Positions 19,321 to 29,240 of a DNA stretch of 64,000 nucleotides are shown here, piece after piece. Location of the stretch: the NCBI GenBank assembly GCA_963595425.1, contig CAVBHN010000011.1:243-64242 (forward strand), written 5' to 3'. Below the pieces are notes generated by a model, which was given only the letters and a program-made list of their open reading frames with translations, was not told the origin of the DNA and did not search any database. A program made the position numbers and the translations under genes. This DNA is from Faecalibacterium sp. CAG:74. Lineage in GTDB: Bacteria; Bacillota; Clostridia; Lachnospirales; Lachnospiraceae. Positions within the stretch are counted from its first letter, which is position 1. Every line of letters starts with the position of its first letter.

Positions 19321-21735
19321 ATGTCAGTACCATTTCATCATAAGGCCATTGAAAAAAAATGGCGCGAGAACTGGCTTAAAAAACCTGTTAATGTAAATGA
19401 CGGCAAAAAGCCAAAATATTACTGCCTTGACATGTTTCCGTATCCGTCAGGAAACGGTCTTCATGTCGGACATTGGAGAGGTTATGTTATTTCCGATGCA
19501 TGGAGCCGCTATAAATTAATGCAGGGACATTATGTCATTCATCCGATGGGATGGGACGCATTCGGACTTCCGGCTGAGAATTATGCTATTAAGATGGGAA
19601 TACATCCATCTATTTCGACAGCCGATAACATTGCCAATATTAAAAGACAAATAAACGATATCGCAGCTCTTTATGACTGGGATATGGAGGTTAATACAAC
19701 TGATCCTAAGTTCTTCAAATGGACACAGTGGATTTTTGTACAGATGTTTAAAAAGGGTCTTGCATACGAGAAGAAGTTCCCTATTAACTGGTGTCCGTCA
19801 TGCAAGACAGGTCTTGCAAACGAAGAGGTTGTAAACGGAAAGTGTGAGCGCTGCGGTTCGGATGTTACTAAGAAAAATCTGAGACAGTGGATGCTTAAGA
19901 TAACAGCCTATGCTGAGAGACTTTTAAATGATCTTGATAAGCTTGACTGGCCTGAAAAGGTTAAGAAAATGCAATCAGACTGGATCGGAAAATCATATGG
20001 TGCAGAGGTCGATTTCCCGGTAGACGGAAGAGATGAGAAAATTACAGTCTATACTACAAGACCGGATACTCTTCATGGCGCAACATTTATGGTACTCTCT
20101 CCCGAGCATCCGCTTGCTGCTTCTTTAGCTACTCCTGAAACAAAGGAGGCTGTTGAGAAATATATATTTGATGCCTCAATGAAATCAAATGTAGATCGTA
20201 TGCAGGCAAAGGAAAAGACAGGTGTTTTCACAGGAAGCTATGCTATAAATCCATTAAATAACAAGAAGACTCCTATCTGGCTTTCAGATTATGTTCTTGC
20301 TGACTATGGTACAGGTGCCATTATGTGTGTTCCAGCTCATGATGACAGAGATTTCGAGTTTGCTACCAAATTCGGTCTGCCTATAATTCAGGTAATCGCT
20401 AAGGACGGCAAGGAAATTTCACCGCTTACCGAAGCATATACAGATGCCAATGGTATCGTTATAAATTCAGGTGAATGGAATGGATATGAATCCTCTGTCC
20501 TTAAAAAGGAAGCACCTGAGATGATCGAAAAGATGGGAATTGGCCGTAAAACAGTCAATTACAAGCTGCGTGACTGGGTATTTTCCCGTCAAAGATATTG
20601 GGGCGAGCCTATACCGATCGTTCATTGTCCAAAATGCGGAGCTGTTCCGGTGCCTGAAGAGGAGCTTCCTCTTTTGCTTCCGGATGTAAAGAGCTATCAG
20701 CCGACAGGAACAGGAGAATCTCCTTTGGCAGCAATTGAAGATTGGGTAAATTGTAAGTGTCCATGCTGTGGTGCAGATGCCAAGCGTGAAACAAATACAA
20801 TGCCGCAGTGGGCAGGCTCATCATGGTATTTCTTAAGATACGTAGATAATAAAAATGATAATGAGCTTGTATCAAAGGAAAAGGCAGATAAATATCTTCC
20901 TGTAGATATGTATATAGGAGGAGTTGAGCATGCGGTTCTTCACCTTCTTTATTCAAGATTTTATACTAAGTTTCTGTATGATATAGGCTGTGTAGACTTT
21001 GATGAGCCGTTCAAAAAGCTGTTCAATCAGGGTATGATAACCGGTAAGAACGGTATCAAGATGAGCAAGTCCAAGGGAAATGTTGTTTCGCCTGATGATC
21101 TTGTAAGAGACTACGGTTGTGATTCTCTGAGAATATATGAGCTTTTTGTCGGACCGCCTGAGCTTGATGCAGAGTGGGATGATCGAGGTATCGAGGGTGT
21201 CAACAGATTCCTTAAGAGATTCTGGGGACTTGCAATTGACAGCCTTGATGCAGATGTAAAGCCTACCGATGAAATGATTAAAGCAAGAAACAGGGTTGCA
21301 TATTATGTTACCAACAGACTTGAATCATTCAGCTTAAATACCGTTATTTCAGCATTCATGGAATACAATAACAAGCTTATTGATATTGCTAAAAAGGAAG
21401 GCGGTATAGATAAGGAAACAATCGAAACCTTTACAAGACTTCTTGCACCGTTTGCTCCGCATGTTGCAGAGGAAATATGGGAAAGATACGGACATACAGA
21501 CAGTATTTTCCATTCGGGATGGCCTACATATGATGAAAAGGCTCTCCATGACGATGAAGTAAAGATTCCTGTACAGATAAATGGCAAAACTAAGGTTGTA
21601 ATATCTGTTGCAAAAAATATTTCTAAGGATGATGCTATTGCTCTTGGACGCAAGGCTATCGAGGACAAAATAACCGGAAATATCATTAAAGAAATTTATG
21701 TTCCGGGAAGAATACTTAATTTTGTACAAAAATAA
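19321..21735 (+). CDS. leuS: Leucine--tRNA ligase
   Basis: HIGH-type motif (GLHVGHWRGY), KMSKSKGN, and a CP1 editing domain. The ATG at 19321 lies 8 nt after GGAGG. Confidence 0.92.
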   Translation: MSVPFHHKAIEKKWRENWLKKPVNVNDGKKPKYYCLDMFPYPSGNGLHVGHWRGYVISDAWSRYKLMQGHYVIHPMGWDAFGLPAENYAIKMGIHPSISTADNIANIKRQINDIAALYDWDMEVNTTDPKFFKWTQWIFVQMFKKGLAYEKKFPINWCPSCKTGLANEEVVNGKCERCGSDVTKKNLRQWMLKITAYAERLLNDLDKLDWPEKVKKMQSDWIGKSYGAEVDFPVDGRDEKITVYTTRPDTLHGATFMVLSPEHPLAASLATPETKEAVEKYIFDASMKSNVDRMQAKEKTGVFTGSYAINPLNNKKTPIWLSDYVLADYGTGAIMCVPAHDDRDFEFATKFGLPIIQVIAKDGKEISPLTEAYTDANGIVINSGEWNGYESSVLKKEAPEMIEKMGIGRKTVNYKLRDWVFSRQRYWGEPIPIVHCPKCGAVPVPEEELPLLLPDVKSYQPTGTGESPLAAIEDWVNCKCPCCGADAKRETNTMPQWAGSSWYFLRYVDNKNDNELVSKEKADKYLPVDMYIGGVEHAVLHLLYSRFYTKFLYDIGCVDFDEPFKKLFNQGMITGKNGIKMSKSKGNVVSPDDLVRDYGCDSLRIYELFVGPPELDAEWDDRGIEGVNRFLKRFWGLAIDSLDADVKPTDEMIKARNRVAYYVTNRLESFSLNTVISAFMEYNNKLIDIAKKEGGIDKETIETFTRLLAPFAPHVAEEIWERYGHTDSIFHSGWPTYDEKALHDDEVKIPVQINGKTKVVISVAKNISKDDAIALGRKAIEDKITGNIIKEIYVPGRILNFVQK

Positions 21736-21752
21736 AAAGAGGTGTTTAGCAA

Positions 21753-22190
21753 ATGGAATTTGAAACTCTTCAAAAAGATATGGTTGCAGCTATGAAGGCC
21801 AGAGATAAGGCCAGAAAGGATGCTATCTCATCTGTAATATCAGCCGTAAAAAAGGTTGCTATAGATGAGGGTTGCAGAGACAATATCACTGCAGAGCTTG
21901 TTGACAAGGTAATACTAAAGGAGCTGAAAAGCGTTAAGGAGCAGATCGATACCTGCCCCGATGAGCGAGCTGAGCTTAAGGCTGAATATCAATTCAGATA
22001 TGATGTTATAAGTGAATATGCACCTAAGCTCATGTCAGTGGATGAGATCAAGGCATTTATAAATGAGAAGTTCGCTGATATTATAGCTTCTAAAAACAAG
22101 GGAGCTATTATGAAATCCGTTATGCCTGCACTTAAGGGAAAAGCAGACGGAAAGCTGATAAACAGTATAGTTGCCGATATGTGCAAATAA
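21753..22190 (+). CDS. GatB/YqeY domain-containing protein
   Basis: 145 aa all-helical protein with the typical YqeY N-terminus (LQKDMVAAMKARDK). Confidence 0.75.
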   Translation: MEFETLQKDMVAAMKARDKARKDAISSVISAVKKVAIDEGCRDNITAELVDKVILKELKSVKEQIDTCPDERAELKAEYQFRYDVISEYAPKLMSVDEIKAFINEKFADIIASKNKGAIMKSVMPALKGKADGKLINSIVADMCK

Positions 22191-22191
22191 T

Positions 22192-22225
22192 AAAATGGCT
22201 GCCTTTTGGCAGCCACTTTATTTTA
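22192..22225. terminator. Bidirectional intrinsic terminator between convergent genes
   Basis: TGGCTGCC-TTTT-GGCAGCCA hairpin, flanked by an A-run upstream and CTTTATTTT downstream. It therefore has a U-tract on both strands. Confidence 0.8.
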
Positions 22226-22264
22226 TGAGAAAAATGTTTTCGTTAAATATAAGCTTAGTTAGCT

Positions 22265-23533
22265 TTATTGATTTGAAATATCATCTGCTAGCGGAGCTGT
22301 AATTTTGCCTGTTAGGGCACATTTAGCTGCAGTAACAGGTGAAGCAAGGTATATTTCAACCTTAGATGTTCCCATTCGGCCAAGGAAATTTCTGTTATTG
22401 GTTGCCACAACACGTTCTCCGTCTGTAAGAATTCCGCCGGCACGGCCACAGCACAGTCCGCAGCCGGGATGAGTGATCATTGCACCTGCTTTAGAGAGTG
22501 TTTCGAGTGTTCCATCCTCGATGGCCTGTCTGTAAATTTTGCGGCTTGCAGGAGTAACAATAAGCTTAACAAATGGAGCTACCTGCTTGTCCTTTAAGAT
22601 TGCGGCAGCCTTTCGGAGATCCTCAAGGCGTCCGTTAGTACATGATCCGATGAAAACCTGATCGATGTCGATGCCTTCAAGCTCTGATACAGGACGGATT
22701 TTATCTACTTGAGAAGGACAGGCCATTACAGGAACAAAATCCTCTGCATTATAATTGAGTACCTTGTAGTGTTCGGCATCCTCATCACCATGAAGGCTGT
22801 TAAGCCAGCTGTCAAAATCAATATTGCAATATTTGGCAGTTTTGCCATCAGGAGCAAATAAGCCGCATTTTGCGCCTGCCTCGATTGCCATGTTTGACAT
22901 TGTCATCCTTGAAGCTACGGACATATCAGAAACTGTCGATCCCGCAAATTCCAATGAGCGATAGGTTGCTCCGCCGGCTCCGAGATCACCTATAATACGA
23001 AGAATAATATCCTTCGAGGTAACATTCGAAGGAAGCTTTCCGTTGATATTTATTCGTATTGTTTCAGGAACCTTTATCCAGAGCTTGCCGGTTCCTAAGA
23101 TGCTTGCCATTTCGGTATAGCCTATACCCGTAGAAAATGCTCCGACAGATCCATATGTTGTTGTATGACTGTCGGTTCCAAAAACAACATTTCCGGGCTT
23201 TACATATCCTGCCTCGGTCATTAGCTGGTGACAGATTCCGTCCGAACGATGAACATTTTTCATTCCGTATTTCTGGGCAAATTCATTGCCTATTCTGAAA
23301 TGACGAGTATCATCTGTCTGACTTGCCGGTACAAGATGATCATATATAAGAACTACCTTGTCGGGATTCCATAGCTTTTTAAAGCCCATTTCTTCGAATT
23401 TATCTGCAACAAAAGGAATAAAGATATCGTGAATCATTACTCTGTCAACATTGACAGTTACAATATCTCCTGCTTTTGCATCTGCATTTCCTGTGTTTTT
23501 TCTTATTATTTTTTCTATAAGTGTCGCACCCAT
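22265..23533 (-). CDS. Aconitase-family dehydratase large subunit, pair 1 (3-isopropylmalate dehydratase / homoaconitase-like, short archaeal-type)
   Basis: 422 aa. Fe-S ligand contexts GSCTNGR and HPGCGLCCG. GTDSHT motif. Confidence 0.85.
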   Translation of the reverse strand: MGATLIEKIIRKNTGNADAKAGDIVTVNVDRVMIHDIFIPFVADKFEEMGFKKLWNPDKVVLIYDHLVPASQTDDTRHFRIGNEFAQKYGMKNVHRSDGICHQLMTEAGYVKPGNVVFGTDSHTTTYGSVGAFSTGIGYTEMASILGTGKLWIKVPETIRININGKLPSNVTSKDIILRIIGDLGAGGATYRSLEFAGSTVSDMSVASRMTMSNMAIEAGAKCGLFAPDGKTAKYCNIDFDSWLNSLHGDEDAEHYKVLNYNAEDFVPVMACPSQVDKIRPVSELEGIDIDQVFIGSCTNGRLEDLRKAAAILKDKQVAPFVKLIVTPASRKIYRQAIEDGTLETLSKAGAMITHPGCGLCCGRAGGILTDGERVVATNNRNFLGRMGTSKVEIYLASPVTAAKCALTGKITAPLADDISNQ

Positions 23534-23552
23534 TTACATATCCTCGCTATTC

Positions 23553-24050
23553 TTAAAGATCCGAAAGACCATTAAGTCTTCTCATTGCATTTACAAGTCC
23601 GCCTGCATTAAGAATATCAAGCAGATTTTCGGGAAGAGATGAGATAGGATATTGCTGTTTGTTATAGGTTATCTTATCGCCTACAGCTACATCTATTTCA
23701 TCACCCTCTTTTATATCATCTGCCAGATTAGGATTTTCGATAAGCAGTAAGCCATTGTTGATAGAATTTCTAAAGAAAATACGGGCATATGATTTTGCTA
23801 CTATAGCACGTATTCCAAGAGCCTTGATAACCTCGGGAGCCTGTTCCCTTGAGGATCCGCAACCAAAGTTTTTTCCGGCTACGATAATGTCGCCTTCCTT
23901 TATCTGACCTGCAAGCTCAGGACGAAGAGGAGAGAAAGCGAATTTTTTCATATCATCTACGGTTTTAAGTGCAAGGTACTCAGTAGGAATGATGATATCG
24001 GTATCTATATCATCACCAAGCAGCCAGACTCTTCCGGTAAATTTTTCCAT
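23553..24050 (-). CDS. Aconitase-family dehydratase small subunit, pair 1 (LeuD/HacB-like)
   Basis: 165 aa with GKNFGCGSSREQAPE and DDIDTDIIIPTEYL. Confidence 0.85.
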   Translation of the reverse strand: MEKFTGRVWLLGDDIDTDIIIPTEYLALKTVDDMKKFAFSPLRPELAGQIKEGDIIVAGKNFGCGSSREQAPEVIKALGIRAIVAKSYARIFFRNSINNGLLLIENPNLADDIKEGDEIDVAVGDKITYNKQQYPISSLPENLLDILNAGGLVNAMRRLNGLSDL

Positions 24051-24069
24051 AATAATTCCTCCTACTAAA

Positions 24070-25320
24070 TTACAATATCATGTCTGCGGTAGCGATAGCT
24101 CCTATTATTGCAGAAGCAGTAACTGTAGCTGCAGAAGCGAGGTAAACAAATGAATCTTTGTGGCCGGCGCGTCCCTTGAAGTTTCGCGTTCCTGTACTTA
24201 TAAGTACTTCACCTTCGCCTATAACACCCTGACAGCTGCCCCAGCATACAGAACAGTTAGCATTCATAACTATTGCACCCGCGTTCATAAAAATATCAAT
24301 AAGACCTTCCTCTAAGGCCTGTGTATATACGGTGTTGCTGGCAGGAACTACAAGAAATCTTACGGTAGGAGCAACCTTGTGTCCGTTTAATATGGAAGCT
24401 GCAAGCCTGAGATCCTCTATACGGCCATTGTTGCATGAGCCAAGAAATGCTTCATTGATTTTGGTTCCGGCACATTCCTTTGCAGGAGCTATATTGTCTA
24501 CAAAATGTGGCTTTGCAACGATAGGAATAATGGTCGAAAGATCTATATTATAGATTTTTTCAAAGTGAGCGTCATCATCACTCTTGAAGCATGCTTTAGG
24601 AGAACGGCCGTGTTCCTTTAAATAATCAAGAGCTGTCTCATCTACATCCATAAGAGCTGTTTTTGCACCTGCTTCAACACAAAGATTACAGATAGAAATA
24701 CGATCGCTCATTGTGAGGTTTTTCATTCCGTCACCGACAAATTCCATTGCCTTGTAGTTTGCTCCGTTAGCACCTATAAGACCAATTATCGTAAGAATAA
24801 GATCCCTTGCGGTAACACCATCGGAAAGCTTGCCTGTAAGATTAAATCTTAATGTCTCGGGAACGAGAACCCAGCTGTGTCCGGTTACCATGCCGTACAA
24901 ATAATCGGTACAGCCTACGCCGGTACCAAATGCACCCAAGGCACCATATGCACATGTATGGCTGTCGGCACCGAATATAAGCTCACCCGGACATACATGG
25001 TTTTCCATCATTATCTGATGGCATACACCCTTTCCTTCATAAAATTTAATTTCATGTGCTTTTGCAAAATTACGCATTTTTTTTTGAGAAGCTGCTGTTT
25101 TGGGACTGTCACAAGGTACATTGTGATCGACTACCCAGACAAGCTTATCTTTATCGGCAATCTTTGGATTTTTAAGATTGTTATACATATCTATAGTCAA
25201 ATGTGTTGTTCCGTCGTTGCTTAGAAGACGATCAAGCTCTACAGTATGTATTTCTCCGGCCTTTACGCTTTCTACATGAGCAGCTCTTGCAATTATCTTT
25301 TCGGCAATTGTCATACCCAT
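24070..25320 (-). CDS. Aconitase-family dehydratase large subunit, pair 2 (LeuC/HacA-like paralogue)
   Basis: GADSHT, GSCNNGR and NANCSVCWG cysteine ligands. The ATG at 25320 (MGMTIAEK) lies 8 nt after GGAGG; 25335 is an alternative start. Confidence 0.85.
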   Translation of the reverse strand: MGMTIAEKIIARAAHVESVKAGEIHTVELDRLLSNDGTTHLTIDMYNNLKNPKIADKDKLVWVVDHNVPCDSPKTAASQKKMRNFAKAHEIKFYEGKGVCHQIMMENHVCPGELIFGADSHTCAYGALGAFGTGVGCTDYLYGMVTGHSWVLVPETLRFNLTGKLSDGVTARDLILTIIGLIGANGANYKAMEFVGDGMKNLTMSDRISICNLCVEAGAKTALMDVDETALDYLKEHGRSPKACFKSDDDAHFEKIYNIDLSTIIPIVAKPHFVDNIAPAKECAGTKINEAFLGSCNNGRIEDLRLAASILNGHKVAPTVRFLVVPASNTVYTQALEEGLIDIFMNAGAIVMNANCSVCWGSCQGVIGEGEVLISTGTRNFKGRAGHKDSFVYLASAATVTASAIIGAIATADMIL

Positions 25321-25345
25321 TTCTTTTTCCTCCATCTACTGAAAA

Positions 25346-25813
25346 TTATTTATTAAGTGAGGCTATGAGACCACCCTGGTCCAATATCTGCTGCATATAT
25401 GGTGGAAGCTTTGTACAGGAAAAGCTTTTTCCGTTAACAACAGCGGTTCCGTCTGATAGGGAAAGCTCTATATTTTGTCCGGATTCAACTGAATCGTACA
25501 ATTCCTTACATACAATAACAGGAAGCCCTATGTTTATTGAATTTCTATAAAAAATCCTGGCAAAGGATTTTGCAACAACAGCCTTGACACCAAGAGCCTT
25601 GAGAACGCTCGGAGCCTGCTCTCTTGATGATCCGCAGCCAAAGTTTTCACATGCTACAACAATATCTCCGGGCTTTACCTTTGAAGCAAATTCGGGATCC
25701 AGTGATTCAAATGCATGAGATTTCATTTCGTCGATAGTTGGATAAAGCAGATACTGCGAGGCTATTATCTGGTCAGTGTCAACATCGGAATCGAATCTAA
25801 ATATTTTTCCCAT
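25346..25813 (-). CDS. Aconitase-family dehydratase small subunit, pair 2 (LeuD/HacB-like paralogue)
   Basis: CENFGCGSSREQAPS and DVDTDQIIASQYL. The ATG at 25813 (MGKIFRF) is preceded by AAGGAG. Confidence 0.85.
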   Translation of the reverse strand: MGKIFRFDSDVDTDQIIASQYLLYPTIDEMKSHAFESLDPEFASKVKPGDIVVACENFGCGSSREQAPSVLKALGVKAVVAKSFARIFYRNSINIGLPVIVCKELYDSVESGQNIELSLSDGTAVVNGKSFSCTKLPPYMQQILDQGGLIASLNK

Positions 25814-25910
25814 AGTTATCTCCTTAATCAATAATTATAGTTTACACTCTAACACTTAATTTTATCATTTAAGCATTTAAAAGTAAACCGCAGGCTTTCG
25901 GACACATTGC

Positions 25911-26753
25911 TTAATGGCTTTGATGGAATCTTCTGTATTGCTTAGGCGATTGGCCGACTCTCTTGGTAAACATGTTTATAAAGCTGCTGCTTGAGGAATA
26001 GCCAATCATCTCTGCTATTTCCTCAATTGTCTTTTGAGTCCTTGCAAGCTCTATTTTTGCGTGTTCGAGCCTGGTATTTGTTACGTATTCCATGGGTGAG
26101 AAGCCGGTTTCCTCCTTAAAGCAATGAGCATAGTAATAGGGGCTTAGTGCAGCAATTTCAGCCAACAGATTTATGCTTAAGGCTTCGTTATAATTGCGCC
26201 TTATATATTGGATGCTTTCTTCTATAGAGGTTTTTGATTCGGTTTGAACAACAGGAGGCTTAAGAAGATATTCAAAGATATGATAAATTCTCATAGAGCT
26301 TTGAAACATGGATTCAATTCCTCCATTTTGATAGAAATACACCATGTTATATAGAAGTCTTCCGATAAGAACATTGCTGTCCTCACGTATAAGCGCTCCT
26401 TTTAATTCGTTGATATGCTGACAGATCTCATGGGAGTTGGAACCGTCAAAGTGCATATAAAGAAATTCCAGTCCGTCATATGCATGGTAATAATGGGGCT
26501 TTGTACAGTCAAGCAGCACCACGTCACCCTTTTCGGCATCGAAGCATTGATTTTCATATTCAACATGCAGCATGCCGGCTCTTATAAAAATAATAAGAAG
26601 AGGCGGATAGGTTTTGCGCTTCATAAAATAATTTGTTGTGCAGAAGTAATGTCCGCACCAGGTCGGATAAAAATACAGCTTCTGTGCAAGCTCAGACGGT
26701 GTAAAGGAAAAACAGATTGATTTAGACAGTATTCCAGGGTCAACACTTTTCAT
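25911..26753 (-). CDS. AraC-family transcriptional regulator (cupin-type sensor plus double HTH)
   Basis: N-terminal cupin-like region, then a C-terminal HTH (IEEIAEMIGYSSSSSFINMFTKRVGQSPKQYR). 280 aa. Confidence 0.85.
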   Translation of the reverse strand: MKSVDPGILSKSICFSFTPSELAQKLYFYPTWCGHYFCTTNYFMKRKTYPPLLIIFIRAGMLHVEYENQCFDAEKGDVVLLDCTKPHYYHAYDGLEFLYMHFDGSNSHEICQHINELKGALIREDSNVLIGRLLYNMVYFYQNGGIESMFQSSMRIYHIFEYLLKPPVVQTESKTSIEESIQYIRRNYNEALSINLLAEIAALSPYYYAHCFKEETGFSPMEYVTNTRLEHAKIELARTQKTIEEIAEMIGYSSSSSFINMFTKRVGQSPKQYRRFHQSH

Positions 26754-26978
26754 ATTACGCTCCTTTTAAAAGCAAGATTGATGAACTTTTAAACAAAGTA
26801 GAACATTTACATATCGTTTCTTTTATTTTACAATGCATGCATAGATAAGGAAATGAACAAAAACATCAGAAATGCATTAAAGTTTTTGTTTGTTTCGCAC
26901 AAAAATAATGAGCGCGTTCTTTTTTAAAGTAATTAACATCAAAAACAATTTGAAAAAATAATTTTAAAAGAGGAGATA

Positions 26979-28163
26979 ATGATTATGCATATCGGTGAAA
27001 GAAAAATTGAAAGACCATTGCGTTGGGGTATCGTAGGAGGAGGACGTACAAGCAACGTAGGATACAAGCATCGTCTTGGAGCACTCAGAGATAATACAGC
27101 ATTTCAGATGGTTTGTGGAGCATTTGATTTGGATTATGACAGATGTGTGGATTTTGGTAAGAACCTTGGTGTTGACGAGAAACGTCTGTATCCTGATTAC
27201 AAGACAATGTTTGAAGAAGAAGCAAAACGTGAGGATGGTGTAGAGGTTGTCGATATTGCAACTCCTAATTTTCAGCATTATGAGGTTACCAAGGCAGCTC
27301 TTGAGGCAGGACTTCATGTAATATGTGAAAAGCCTTTGTTTTTTGAGGTTGAACAGGGACTCGAAATCCAGAAGCTGGCAGAAGAAAAGGGAAAGCTTGT
27401 TTGTGTAACATATGGATTTTCAGGCTCTCAGCTTCTCCTTCAGATGAGGCATATGGTAAAAGAGGGAATGCTCGGAACTATAAATATGATTGACCTGAAA
27501 TATACTCACGGATATGGATGTGATCCGACAGGTGATGTCAAATCAGAGGGACAGAAATGGCGTGTTGATCCTACAAAGGTTGGAAAGGCTTTTGTTATCG
27601 GAGACTTATCTACTCATACTTTTTATGAATCACAGCTTGCAACAAATGATCTGAAGCTGAAACAGGTTTTATGCGACAGACAGGCTTTTGTAGGATCTCG
27701 TTATCCGCTTGAGGATAATGCATATGTATTAATGCGTTATGAGAATGGAGCAGTAGGCAGAATGTGGTGCTCATGTGTTGATGCCGGAACACCTGAAACA
27801 CAGGTTATACGAATTGTCGGTTCTAAGGCATCATTAGAATGGCACGATGCACAGCCAAATCACCTTTTGTATCAGGAGCAGGGCAAGCCGGCACAGCTGA
27901 TGGTTCGCGGAAATGATTATCTGTGTGACGAATGCAATGCAGATGAAAGTCTTGGTGCTACTCATGTTGAGGGATTAAGTGAATCCTGGGCCAATATTTA
28001 TCTTAAATTCGCAGTTGCAATTGATGCTAAGAACCGCGGAGATGAGGAAGCATTAAGCAAGATGGTTTATCCTGATCTTAAGCATGGAATTGACGGAATA
28101 CGCTGGATCAATGCATGTGCTAAATCAGCAGATGAAGGCAGTGTATGGGTAGATTTTGAATAA
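26979..28163 (+). CDS. Gfo/Idh/MocA-family NAD(P)-dependent sugar oxidoreductase
   Basis: Rossmann WGIVGGGRTSNVG and the family motif ICEKPLFF. 394 aa. The start could instead be 26985. Confidence 0.8.
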   Translation: MIMHIGERKIERPLRWGIVGGGRTSNVGYKHRLGALRDNTAFQMVCGAFDLDYDRCVDFGKNLGVDEKRLYPDYKTMFEEEAKREDGVEVVDIATPNFQHYEVTKAALEAGLHVICEKPLFFEVEQGLEIQKLAEEKGKLVCVTYGFSGSQLLLQMRHMVKEGMLGTINMIDLKYTHGYGCDPTGDVKSEGQKWRVDPTKVGKAFVIGDLSTHTFYESQLATNDLKLKQVLCDRQAFVGSRYPLEDNAYVLMRYENGAVGRMWCSCVDAGTPETQVIRIVGSKASLEWHDAQPNHLLYQEQGKPAQLMVRGNDYLCDECNADESLGATHVEGLSESWANIYLKFAVAIDAKNRGDEEALSKMVYPDLKHGIDGIRWINACAKSADEGSVWVDFE

Positions 28164-28301
28164 TAAAATATAAAAATCAAATTGATTTTAGGTACATTAT
28201 AACATATGAGGTAATTGATTAGGTTAATAGGTATTATAGGAGCTGCTGCAGTCAGATTTTGATTGCAGCAGTGTTAAAACATAGAGTCGGAGGAAAAAAT
28301 T

Positions 28302-29240
28302 ATGCAGTTAGCTATTTGTACAGATGTATTTGCAGATTTATCTTATACGGATATGCTGGATAAGGTTAAGTCACTTGGAATTGATGCTGTAGAGATGACA
28401 GCAGGAGGATGGGGAGCAAGAAAGCATTGTAATACAGCAGAGCTTTTGGATGACCCGAAAAAGCTTAAAGCATTTAAGGAAGAGCTTGATAAAAGAGGTA
28501 TGCGCATAAGTGCCCTTAATACTTCATGCAATCCGTTGTGGCCATCAAAGACAGGTGAGGAATACAAAAAATCAATGTATGACTGTGCTGTTTTAGCGGG
28601 AAAACTTGGCGTAAAGAAAATTGTTGCAATGGCCGGACTTCCTGCAGGAAATGAAACCGATACTACACCGAACTGGATTACATCAACTGTTTCATGGCCG
28701 GATTTCATGGCTCCCGCTTATGAATATCAGTGGAAGGTAACTATTGAGTTCTGGAAGGAATTTGCTGCTCATTGTAAGACATGCGGAGTTGAGCAGATTG
28801 CAATCGAAGAATTTCCGGGAACTATGGTTTGGTCAGCCGAAACAATGCTGAAGCTTAGAAATGCAACCGATCCTATGATAGGAATCAATCTTGATCCGTC
28901 TCATATGATGATTCTGGGGGCTGATCCTATTGCAGCAGCAAGAGCCTTGAAGGGATGTATTTTCCATGTACACGGAAAGGATGCCAGAATAGAAAGAGGA
29001 CTTTCTGATGTAAATGGTATACTTGAGCCCAAGCCGGTTACGGAATCCGCAGACAGAGTATGGAACTATGTAGCAGTTGGATGCGGTCAGGATCTGAAAT
29101 GGTGGAAGGAATTCTTCTCTGTATTGAGCATGATGGGATATAAGGGAGATGTTTCACTTGAAATGGAGGATCTTACAATGTCTGTTGAGGCCGGCGTTGA
29201 AACATCTATTGATGCATTAAATCAAACAATCAGTAAATAA
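28302..29240 (+). CDS. Sugar phosphate isomerase/epimerase (xylose isomerase-like TIM barrel) protein
   Basis: Metal-ligand pattern of the fold: IAIEEF, NLDPSHM, HVHGKD, VSLEMED. 312 aa. Confidence 0.8.
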   Translation: MQLAICTDVFADLSYTDMLDKVKSLGIDAVEMTAGGWGARKHCNTAELLDDPKKLKAFKEELDKRGMRISALNTSCNPLWPSKTGEEYKKSMYDCAVLAGKLGVKKIVAMAGLPAGNETDTTPNWITSTVSWPDFMAPAYEYQWKVTIEFWKEFAAHCKTCGVEQIAIEEFPGTMVWSAETMLKLRNATDPMIGINLDPSHMMILGADPIAAARALKGCIFHVHGKDARIERGLSDVNGILEPKPVTESADRVWNYVAVGCGQDLKWWKEFFSVLSMMGYKGDVSLEMEDLTMSVEAGVETSIDALNQTISK

